DNA of 15,713 bases, from positions 28,700 through 44,412 of the forward strand of contig JARRQT010000043.1 in assembly GCA_037381445.1 (NCBI GenBank). The letters run 5' to 3'. Positions 8,390 to 15,713 of this stretch are shown here, piece after piece. The translations under genes and the position numbers were made by a program. The notes beneath the pieces are model-generated. The model saw only the letters and a program-made list of their open reading frames with translations, ran no database searches and was not told where the DNA came from. How positions within the stretch are numbered: position 1 is the first letter of the stretch; each line of letters starts with the position of its first letter. This DNA is from Calditrichia bacterium. Its GTDB lineage: Bacteria > Calditrichota > Calditrichia > RBG-13-44-9.

Positions 8390-9610
8390 CTACCGGATTT
8401 TTTCGATCAGATCAAAGGGAAACAGCGCATAGAATTGAGCTGCTTTGGCGAGATCCTGCAGTTCCAGTTCTTCCCGGTCGGAATGGGACAGTTCTTCTTT
8501 GCCCGGCGCAAAACCGATGGTCGGAATTCCAAGGCGGCCCGCCGTGGCAACACCATTGGTGGAGAAGCTCCAGGTGGAACTTTCGCGCTTTTCACCTAAA
8601 ACAGCCTCTGCGGTCTGCAGTCCCGCCCGCACCAGCGGATGATCTTCTTCCAGTATCCAGGTCGGGAAATAGGCTTCCTGCTGCGCGATAGTGCCTTTCC
8701 AGCTTTTGATGCTATACTCGGGGACACTGATTTCCGCATCGATACCGGTGCGATTGGCAATTTCCCGCAGCTGGCCGATGACGGCCTCCATGGTCTCACT
8801 GGCGGTCATACGCCGGTCGATGTGAATCTGCGAAAAATCCGGCACGCTGCACAGCGAAGGGGCTTTGCTGATAATCTGGCTCACAGTAATAGAGCCCTTG
8901 CCCAGCGGTTCCACCACCGGCAGACTTTTGTCCAGCTTTTCGATTTCGGAAAGAATCGGCGTCATTTTGTAGATGGCATTTATTCCCTTCTGGTTATGCG
9001 CACCGTGTGCCGATTTGCCCTGGGTGGAAATCCGGATTTCCATTCGTCCCCGCTGCCCCCGGTAAACCTGCAAATCCGTGGGTTCGCCCAGCAGCACATA
9101 ATCGGGCCGTATGCCTTCTTTTTCGATCAGGTGAAGCAGGGGATAGCCGTCCAGATCTTCCTCCATCACCGATCCCACCACATACAGCGTGAAAGGCAGC
9201 TCCTGTGCCCCAAAATGTTTCTTCAGCATTTTGCCGGCCATCAGGTATCCGGCCATGGCCGGTTTCTCATCCACCACCCCGCGGCCATAGATTTTCCCGT
9301 CCACAATGCGGCCTTCGAAGGGCGGGTATTTCCAGTTCTCTTTCTCCGTCACTTTTACCGTATCGATATGGGCATCATACAAAATCTTCACCGGCCCGCT
9401 GCCGATACGGCCCACTGCATTCCCCAGTTCATCGGAATAGGCCTCATCAAAACCATAATCCCGCATCTTGCCGGTGATGAATTCCACAATCTTTCCTTCC
9501 TCACCGGTGTAGCTGCGAATGCGGATCAGATCCCGGATAAGGCCATTCAGTTCTTCCTGCAAATCGCCGATTTCCGCTAAAAGCGCCTTGTGCTTTGCAT
9601 CGAGTGTCAT
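8390..9610 (-). CDS. ygeY: YgeY-family M20 metallo-amidohydrolase
   Basis: HIDTV, GRGVVDEK, MEED, GEPTDLQVYRGQRGRMEI, IHIDRRMT, FSTNGV and IPTIGFAPG motifs match YgeY; next to a YgeW-like gene and ygfK. Confidence 0.85.
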   Translation of the reverse strand: MTLDAKHKALLAEIGDLQEELNGLIRDLIRIRSYTGEEGKIVEFITGKMRDYGFDEAYSDELGNAVGRIGSGPVKILYDAHIDTVKVTEKENWKYPPFEGRIVDGKIYGRGVVDEKPAMAGYLMAGKMLKKHFGAQELPFTLYVVGSVMEEDLDGYPLLHLIEKEGIRPDYVLLGEPTDLQVYRGQRGRMEIRISTQGKSAHGAHNQKGINAIYKMTPILSEIEKLDKSLPVVEPLGKGSITVSQIISKAPSLCSVPDFSQIHIDRRMTASETMEAVIGQLREIANRTGIDAEISVPEYSIKSWKGTIAQQEAYFPTWILEEDHPLVRAGLQTAEAVLGEKRESSTWSFSTNGVATAGRLGIPTIGFAPGKEELSHSDREELELQDLAKAAQFYALFPFDLIEKIR

Positions 9611-9702
9611 AAGATAAATTTTCCTGCCTTTAAAGTTGAGCTGTTTTTATGATCATTAAAAAAATGCCGCTCCCGCTAAACGGAGAAAACAAAAGCATTC
9701 AA

Positions 9703-9731
9703 CCGGTATTCCCGAGAACTTCGAATACCGG
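9703..9731. promoter_or_regulatory. Inverted repeat/hairpin upstream of ygeY
   Basis: CCGGTATTC(9703-9711)-N11-GAATACCGG(9723-9731), perfect 9-bp arms. Confidence 0.55.
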
Positions 9732-9824
9732 ATATTTTTTCATCTGAAGCCGTGCTAAAATTCCATCATCAAATTTTACTAAATTAAATCCCCCAACCTT
9801 CATAAAACAATATTTTTTTATTAT

Positions 9825-9852
9825 TTGAAATCCGGCAATTATTAACTATTGT
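9825..9852 (+). promoter_or_regulatory. Putative sigma70-type promoter for ygfK
   Basis: TTGAAA(9825-9830)-N16-TATTGT(9847-9852), preceded by an AT-rich UP-like tract. Confidence 0.3.
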
Positions 9853-9932
9853 TTAGCAAATGGGCTTCTGGAAAACAAGATGTTTCCGCTCCCGGCTTAA
9901 AAACGGACAAACTAACCAACAGGATTTTTATT

Positions 9933-12900
9933 ATGTCGGACAAAATGCAGCCAATCGAATTTCAGAAACTGCTGAAATGGGCTTTCAGCGAATATGCCGC
10001 ATCCAAAACGGTTTTCGGCATTCCGCAAACAAAATTTCATTACCGGAAAAACAAACCCGCGGTTTCTATTTTTAACGAACCATTGGAAACGCCGCTGGGA
10101 CCGGCAGCCGGACCCCACACGCAGCTTACGCAGAACATCCTTTCCGCGTATCTCACCGGGGGGAGCTTTTTTGAACTGAAAACCGTTCAGAAGCTGGACC
10201 GGCTGGAGATTGACAAACCGTGTATCGATGCCGGGGACGAGGGCTACAATGTGGAATGGTCCCAGGAGCTGACCCTGGATCAGTCTTATGAAGAGTATAT
10301 GAAAGCGTGGTTTCTGCTGCATCTTGTGAAGGAGGTTTTCGGTCTTTCAAAACATGCGGAGCGCGGATTCATTTTCAACATGAGCGTCGGCTATGATCTG
10401 GCGGGAATCCAAACTCCGCGAATGGACCGCTTCATTGATGAGCTAAAGGATGCTTGGAAAAGTAACCTCTTTGAACAATACAGAACCATCCTCCGAAAGG
10501 AATTAACCAGAGGTTATTTATCGGATTTGCTTCTCACAAATCCGGAGATTTTCCGTATCACCCGGAAACGACTGGAAGAAATAAATGAGAGGATGGAGGC
10601 GGTCTCCCCCCTGATCTCCGGCTCGGTCACCCTTTCCACCATGCACGGCTGCCCGCCGCAGGAAATCGAATCCATATCGCGCTACCTGATCCGGGAAAAG
10701 GGACTGCACACCTACGTGAAGCTGAATCCCACCCTGCTGGGATACGAACGGGTAAAGGATATGCTGCATTCCCTGGGTTACCGGTACATGGATCTGGACC
10801 GGGCGGCATTCGAGCATGATCTGCAATATGCTGACGCCGTGCCCATGCTGCAGCGGCTGCAGGAATTCGCCGACGGGCACGGTAAAACGTTCGGCGTTAA
10901 ACTTTCCAATACACTGGGAATGAACAATAACCGGGGAAAACTTGCCGGAGATCAGATGTATATGAGCGGGCGGGCGCTCTTCCCACTGACCATTGCCCTG
11001 GCCGGAAAGCTTGCCTCACAATTCGGAGGGAATCTGAACATTTCCTATTCGGGCGGCGTCTCCGCTCACAATGTAACCGATATCCTGGCTAACGGAATAT
11101 ATCCGGTTACTCTGGCCACGGACCTGCTGAAACCGGGCGGGTATACGCGTCTTTTTCAAATGGCCCAGGCCATCGAAAAAGAAAAACTGCTCTTTGATAA
11201 ATCCAATCGGATCGATATCGGACGATTGAAAAAATTGGCGGAAAGTGCGCCTGCGGACATTTATTATCACAAGGAAAAACGGGAGATCGATTCCATAAAA
11301 ATTCCTGCCCGGCTGACAAAATTTGACTGTTACCTGTCGCCCTGCAGCGAAGCCTGTCCCATCCATCAGGACGTGGCCGAATATGTCCGTCTGGTGGAGG
11401 AAGGCCGTTTTTCGGACGCTTTCGAGGTCATTATTTCCAAGAATCCTTTGCCGCATATCACCGGGCACATTTGCGACCATCAGTGCATGAACCACTGTAC
11501 CCGCTGGGATTATGATGATCCGGTGCAGATCCGGGACCAGAAAAAAGAGGCCGCACAACGGGGATTCGAGGATTACCTGGAAAAATTCCGGGCCCAACAT
11601 TCTATGAAGAATAACGGCGTTAAAACGGCCATCATCGGGGCCGGCCCGGCGGGACTGGCTGCCGCTTATTTTCTGGCTAAATCGGGATTTAACGTCACCA
11701 TCTTTGAGCAAACCGATAAGGCCGGCGGGACCGTTCAGCACGTTATTCCGGGATTCCGGCTGCCCCAGACCGCCATCGACAAAGATGTGGAATTTATCAA
11801 AAGACACGGTGTCCGCTTCGTGTTCAATTCGCAGCCGGATTTCTCCGTCGCAAAACTGAGGGCGGAGGGATACAAATATACTTTTCTGGGAATCGGCGCG
11901 CCGGAGTCCAACCGCTTGCCATTACAGGGTGAATCAAAAAATGTTTACGATGCCATCGATTTTCTGAAGGCCTTCAATAAAAATGAAGCACCTGCGCTGG
12001 GGAAATGTGTGGCGGTTATCGGCGGCGGCAACTCCGCCATGGATGGAGCACGGGCCGCCATGCGCAGTCCCGGCGTTGAAAAAGTGTATATTATTTATCG
12101 CCGCACCCGGGAATGGATGCCCGCCGACCGGGAGGAATTCGATGCGGCGCTGGCGGACGGCATCATTTTCAGGGAACTGCTGCTTCCCGTGACATTTGAA
12201 AGCGGCGGCCTGAAATGCCAGAAGATGCAGTTGGGTGGCATGGGTGCGGACGGACGCCGGCAGGTTTCCGCCGTGAAGGATTCATTTGAAACCATTGCCG
12301 TGGATTCGATTATTTCCGCCATCGGGGAGCACGCCGACACCCGGCTTCTGCAGAAAAATGAACTTCTCTCCGGAGACCGTCAGAAACTGCAGGTGATGGA
12401 AACCACCAACGAAACGATTCTGGAAAACGTGTTCATCGGGGGAGATGCCCTACGCGGACCGTCCACTGTGGTGGAATCCATCGCCGATGGCAAGAAGGCG
12501 GCGGAGGCGATTATCCAGAGGGAAGGACTGACACAGGAATCTCCCGAGAACCGACTGTCGAAATTGTTCGACCATTCAAAACGTATGCAGGATACAGAAA
12601 TCCGGAAAGGGACCATCCTGCCCGGGCAGCCTGATTCACCGGCTGCAGAGGCTGAGCGCTGCCTGGCGTGTAACCTGGTCTGCAACAAGTGCGTGGAGGT
12701 GTGCCCGAATCGCGCCAATATTCCCATCGCTGTCAGCGGGCCTGACGTGAAATTCAGGGATGCTTTCCAGATTCTGCATGTGGACGGCATGTGCAACGAA
12801 TGCGGTAATTGCGAGACCTTCTGTCCCTATGCCGGTTCGCCGTATAAGGAAAAAATCACCCTCTTTTGGAACGAACAGGATTTCGCTGACAGCACAAATG

Positions 12901-13103
12901 ATGGATTTTATTTGATGCAAAGACAGGCGGAGGGCAGCCTGGAATTCCGGGTACGCTTCAACAAGCAGGAAGGCAGTTTGCGGTATAACGCTGCCGGGGA
13001 GCGTCCGGAATCCGCTCTTGGTGAGAAAAACAGTTCGCCGGATATGAACCGGTTTTTGGAGATGATCAAAACGGTTGCGCGGGATTATGCTTATCTGTTG
13101 TGA
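9933..13103 (+). CDS. ygfK: YgfK-family flavin/Fe-S oxidoreductase (dihydropyrimidine-dehydrogenase-like; usually annotated 'putative selenate reductase')
   Basis: N-terminal DHODH-like barrel (GPAAGPHTQL, ELKTVQ, VKLNPTLLG, VKLSNTL, MYMSGRALFPL), Fe-S motifs CSEACPIHQD and ICDHQCMNHC, FAD motif GAGPAG, NAD(P)H motif GGGNSAMD/YRR, C-terminal ferredoxin motifs CLACNLVCNKCVEVCP and CNECGNCETFCP. Start placed at ATG 9933 (MSDKMQP), with AGGA at 9921-9924. Confidence 0.93.
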   Translation: MSDKMQPIEFQKLLKWAFSEYAASKTVFGIPQTKFHYRKNKPAVSIFNEPLETPLGPAAGPHTQLTQNILSAYLTGGSFFELKTVQKLDRLEIDKPCIDAGDEGYNVEWSQELTLDQSYEEYMKAWFLLHLVKEVFGLSKHAERGFIFNMSVGYDLAGIQTPRMDRFIDELKDAWKSNLFEQYRTILRKELTRGYLSDLLLTNPEIFRITRKRLEEINERMEAVSPLISGSVTLSTMHGCPPQEIESISRYLIREKGLHTYVKLNPTLLGYERVKDMLHSLGYRYMDLDRAAFEHDLQYADAVPMLQRLQEFADGHGKTFGVKLSNTLGMNNNRGKLAGDQMYMSGRALFPLTIALAGKLASQFGGNLNISYSGGVSAHNVTDILANGIYPVTLATDLLKPGGYTRLFQMAQAIEKEKLLFDKSNRIDIGRLKKLAESAPADIYYHKEKREIDSIKIPARLTKFDCYLSPCSEACPIHQDVAEYVRLVEEGRFSDAFEVIISKNPLPHITGHICDHQCMNHCTRWDYDDPVQIRDQKKEAAQRGFEDYLEKFRAQHSMKNNGVKTAIIGAGPAGLAAAYFLAKSGFNVTIFEQTDKAGGTVQHVIPGFRLPQTAIDKDVEFIKRHGVRFVFNSQPDFSVAKLRAEGYKYTFLGIGAPESNRLPLQGESKNVYDAIDFLKAFNKNEAPALGKCVAVIGGGNSAMDGARAAMRSPGVEKVYIIYRRTREWMPADREEFDAALADGIIFRELLLPVTFESGGLKCQKMQLGGMGADGRRQVSAVKDSFETIAVDSIISAIGEHADTRLLQKNELLSGDRQKLQVMETTNETILENVFIGGDALRGPSTVVESIADGKKAAEAIIQREGLTQESPENRLSKLFDHSKRMQDTEIRKGTILPGQPDSPAAEAERCLACNLVCNKCVEVCPNRANIPIAVSGPDVKFRDAFQILHVDGMCNECGNCETFCPYAGSPYKEKITLFWNEQDFADSTNDGFYLMQRQAEGSLEFRVRFNKQEGSLRYNAAGERPESALGEKNSSPDMNRFLEMIKTVARDYAYLL

Positions 13104-13321
13104 TTAATTTATGAAACCTAAGAATCAAACAAAATATATTCGGTTAAAAAATAGGTCATAAAATATGTTTCAAAAATTCTGTGAGTTTAGCTAGATCCCG
13201 TTATTTGGATAATATTAGATTGAACAAATAATCCGGTTGAAAGAATGAGTTAGAATCTATATTTCTCATGTGAATTGGTCACACTTAGGCGCTCTTAAAT
13301 GAGAGGAAGACTTAGATAATC

Positions 13322-14020
13322 ATGAAAGATGAAATAATCTCTTACCGTGAAATGTGCGACAATGAAAATATGCAGACTCTTCAAAGAGGCATGAATTTTC
13401 GATTAAATCCTCAATATTCCGTAATCCTAATGTCCCAGAGAAAGAATGCTCCATACAATGATAGAATTAGTGATGATGGCTTGAGTATCGAATATGAAGG
13501 ACATAATGTAACCAAAAGTCCCCAATTTCCTGATCCTAAGCAAATTGACCAACCGAGAACCTCAAAAATAGGCAAACTAACACAAAATGGACTATTCGCA
13601 AAATCTATTGATGATTATAAAATGAAAAAACAACCTGCAGAAATAGTGAGGGTTTATGAAAAAATATTTAATGGTGTCTGGTCGGAAAAGGGCTTTTTCA
13701 AGCTGGTTGATTATAAATATTTAAAGGATCAGAACAACAGGTATGTATTTAAATATCTCCTTGAAGAAATTGAAATTTCGGTAGAAAATAATGGATTTGA
13801 AGAAGACAGATTGAAACCGCGAACTCGAATCATTCCTAGTTGGGTAAAAAAAGAGGTATGGGCGAGAGACAAAGGTAAGTGTGTGATTTGTGGTGCAACT
13901 GATGAATTACACTTCGACCACGATTTGCCTTATTCAAAGGGTGGAACAAGCATAACTCCAGACAATGTCAGAATTCTTTGTGCGAGACATAATCTTAAAA
14001 AATCAAACAAAATTCAATAG
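13322..14020 (+). CDS. HNH endonuclease with putative N-terminal SRA-like domain (candidate type IV restriction enzyme)
   Basis: C-terminal CVIC...HFDHDLPYSKGG...NVRILCARHN (Zn-finger HNH). N-terminal SVIL..PYNDRISDDGLSIEYEG...DQ...NGLFAKS...VRVYEK...GFFKL resembles the SRA pattern. GAGAGG SD; much more AT-rich than its neighbours. Confidence 0.8.
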   Translation: MKDEIISYREMCDNENMQTLQRGMNFRLNPQYSVILMSQRKNAPYNDRISDDGLSIEYEGHNVTKSPQFPDPKQIDQPRTSKIGKLTQNGLFAKSIDDYKMKKQPAEIVRVYEKIFNGVWSEKGFFKLVDYKYLKDQNNRYVFKYLLEEIEISVENNGFEEDRLKPRTRIIPSWVKKEVWARDKGKCVICGATDELHFDHDLPYSKGGTSITPDNVRILCARHNLKKSNKIQ

Positions 14021-14031
14021 AACTTAGTCAA

Positions 14032-14514
14032 TCAACTTCCCAATCTATTAGATTCCGCAGCCGTATTCTTTACGGCCTGAACAATCTGCTTATAGCCAGT
14101 GCAGCGGCACAGGTTGCCGGCAATGGCCTCTTCTATCTCCGCCTCTTCAGGGTGGGGATTTTCCATTAACAATGCTGTGGCGGACATCAGCATCCCGGGG
14201 GTGCAGAAACCGCACTGCACCGCGCCGCTCTCCAGAAAATTCTGCTGCAGGCGGTTTAGCTGACCCTCCTTTGCCAGGTGCTCCACGGTGATAATCTCGG
14301 CGCCCTGCGCCTGTCCTGCCAGCACCAGGCAGGAATTCGCTGCCTTTCCATTCATTAAAACCGTGCACGCGCCGCACTCCCCGATGCCGCATCCTTCCTT
14401 CGTCCCGATAAGACCGAAATGATCCCGCAGCACATCCAGCAGCCGCAGATTGGCATCCACCGGGAGGGATTTATTCTCTCCATTCAGGGTAAATTGTATT
14501 TCGATTTTTTTCAT
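14032..14514 (-). CDS. Xanthine dehydrogenase family small (2Fe-2S) subunit, CoxS/XdhC-like
   Basis: GTKEGCGIGECGACTV...NSC, QCGFCTPGM and GNLCRCTGY motifs. Start placed at ATG 14514 (MKKIEIQF); the ORF-track start at 14538 is a TTG. Confidence 0.93.
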   Translation of the reverse strand: MKKIEIQFTLNGENKSLPVDANLRLLDVLRDHFGLIGTKEGCGIGECGACTVLMNGKAANSCLVLAGQAQGAEIITVEHLAKEGQLNRLQQNFLESGAVQCGFCTPGMLMSATALLMENPHPEEAEIEEAIAGNLCRCTGYKQIVQAVKNTAAESNRLGS

Positions 14515-14545
14515 AGCATCACCGTTGACATCTTTCAAATTCTTT

Positions 14546-15412
14546 TTATTTTATACAAATCCTATGCAGCAGCCCATAAAATGTCTGCTGAGTAACCGGC
14601 AGTTTGTAGGGCGTGCTCCAGCGCAGGCCGGTCTTGTCGAGCACCTGCTCCCCGAGTTTGCGGGCAATCTCTTTCAGGTGATCGGGAAGGACCGGTTTTC
14701 CCCGCGCCAGTGCTTCCAATTCCGGGAAACGCAACCCGATGGGCGTAACGGCACCGGAAGAAATGCGGATATCTTCCAGCAGGTTGTTCCGGACTTTGGC
14801 CAGCACCGCCAGAGTTATGCGGCTGACGGCCACTCCCCGTCGCCTCCCCAGCTTATAGAAATCCCCGCTGTAGCCGGCGGGCGGCCGGGGAAGCAAAATT
14901 TCGGTGACCAGTTCGTTCGGCTGGAGCTGGGTCCGGTACGGTTTCAGCAGAAAATCCTGCAGGGGAATTTTCCGTTCCCCATGGGCAGACTGAATCTTGA
15001 TCTCCGCCTCATAAACCAGCAGCGGCGGCACGCTGTCCGCACACGGCGCATTATTTACAAAATTGCCGGCCAGAGTGGCGCGATTGCGGATCTGCACGGA
15101 ACCGATGGTACCTGCGGCTTTTGCCAGCAGCGGAAATTTTTCCCTGATCAGCGGATGGTTCCGGATTTCCGAGAAGGTTGCCGCCCCACCAATGGAGATA
15201 CCGTTCCCGGCTTCCCGGATGGCCTTCAATTCGGGCAGGTTGTGAATATCCACCAATGTTTGAATACCGGTGAAACGGGGCGCATTCTGCTGCAGACCGG
15301 CAATGATATCGGTACCGCCTGCCAGCGGCCGGGTTGCCGGATTTCCTTCCGAAATCAGGTCGAGTGCCTCGCGCAGGGATGCCGGTTTTACGAAATCGAA
15401 GTCGTGTCTCAT
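14546..15412 (-). CDS. Xanthine dehydrogenase family FAD-binding medium subunit, CoxM/XdhB/YgfM-like
   Basis: LAGGTD and IGSVQIRNRATLAGN...PCADS FAD-binding motifs; ATGA overlap with the upstream large subunit at 15409-15412. Confidence 0.92.
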   Translation of the reverse strand: MRHDFDFVKPASLREALDLISEGNPATRPLAGGTDIIAGLQQNAPRFTGIQTLVDIHNLPELKAIREAGNGISIGGAATFSEIRNHPLIREKFPLLAKAAGTIGSVQIRNRATLAGNFVNNAPCADSVPPLLVYEAEIKIQSAHGERKIPLQDFLLKPYRTQLQPNELVTEILLPRPPAGYSGDFYKLGRRRGVAVSRITLAVLAKVRNNLLEDIRISSGAVTPIGLRFPELEALARGKPVLPDHLKEIARKLGEQVLDKTGLRWSTPYKLPVTQQTFYGLLHRICIK

Positions 15413-15713
15413 AAGGCGCTCCCTCTTCTGGTATCTTCGGGATACAGTTTGCGGTTCAGCAGGATTTCTTCCAGATTCACGGGAAGATTGAAATAGCGGC
15501 GTCCCAGGGCGTTGCTGACGGCATTATTGATAGCGGCAGCCGTGAGTTCCAGCGTCGGCTCGCCCAGCGACTTGGCACCCCACGGCCCGTATTCATCCTT
15601 CCCCTCCACAAAAACAGGTTCAATGATGCCGATGTCCTTGCTGGTGGGAAGCAGATACTGGTCAAAATTCAGTTCCCGAATATTGCCTTCATGCACGGAA
15701 AGTTCTTCCCACA
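15409..15713 (-). CDS. Xanthine dehydrogenase family molybdopterin-binding large subunit, C-terminal part (truncated by window edge)
   Basis: Frame is open to the window edge (WEELSVHEGNIRELNFDQYLLPT); GPWGAKSLGEP contains the conserved catalytic Glu; AAINNAVSNALG...LPV. Confidence 0.9.
   Translation of the reverse strand, partial: WEELSVHEGNIRELNFDQYLLPTSKDIGIIEPVFVEGKDEYGPWGAKSLGEPTLELTAAAINNAVSNALGRRYFNLPVNLEEILLNRKLYPEDTRRGSAL

Larger units (their letters stand above)
9667..9912 (+). repeat. Imperfect direct repeat, two copies (9667-9690 and 9886-9912), in the ygeY-ygfK divergent region
   Basis: CCGCTCCCGCTAAACGGAGAAAAC versus CCGCTCCCGGCTTAAAAACGGACAAAC; identical 9-nt core CCGCTCCCG plus shared AAACGGA. 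Confidence 0.5.

Noticed and set aside
8639..9580. 313-aa plus-strand ORF
   Set aside because: Antisense shadow of ygeY; no recognisable domain.
9742..9758. Possible sigma54 promoter on the minus strand (TAGCACGGCTTCAGAT)
   Set aside because: Both the invariant -24 GG and -12 GC dinucleotides are mismatched.
11016..11807. 263-aa minus-strand ORF
   Set aside because: Antisense shadow within ygfK.
9933..13103. Selenoprotein or true selenate reductase interpretation of YgfK
   Set aside because: No internal in-frame TGA, the Cys motifs are complete, the terminal TGA is followed shortly by an in-frame TAA, and the architecture is dihydropyrimidine-dehydrogenase-like rather than DMSO-reductase-like.
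13104..14031. Integron cassette or IS element carrying the HNH gene
   Set aside because: No attC-like structure, terminal inverted repeats, target-site duplication or recombinase gene visible; only 11 nt follow the stop.
14450..15496. 348-aa plus-strand ORF
   Set aside because: Antisense to the well-supported Xdh subunits; no recognisable motifs.

Overview
Bacterial chromosomal window with two parts; the taxon cannot be assigned from the sequence alone. The left part (1-7214, + strand) is mostly housekeeping: a CBS-pair protein, a divergent WbqC-like protein, efp, a secreted TPR protein, rpsU, a GatB/YqeY protein, a CvpA-family protein, mutS2 and a DUF423 membrane protein. The right part (7316-15713) is part of an anaerobic purine/uric-acid catabolism cluster of the E. 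coli ygeW/ygeY/ygfK/xdh type. A YgeY-family M20 hydrolase and a short knotted-type carbamoyltransferase (features of both YgeW and N-acetylornithine transcarbamylase) lie on the minus strand, divergent from a YgfK-family flavin/Fe-S oxidoreductase. ygfK converges on a three-subunit xanthine-dehydrogenase-family operon whose large subunit is cut by the window edge. Between ygfK and the Xdh small subunit sits an AT-rich orphan gene with an SRA-like N-terminal domain and a C-terminal HNH nuclease, a candidate modification-dependent (type IV) restriction enzyme. The ygeY-ygfK divergent region carries an imperfect direct repeat and hairpins that may be regulatory. No rRNA, tRNA, CRISPR array or transposase was seen.
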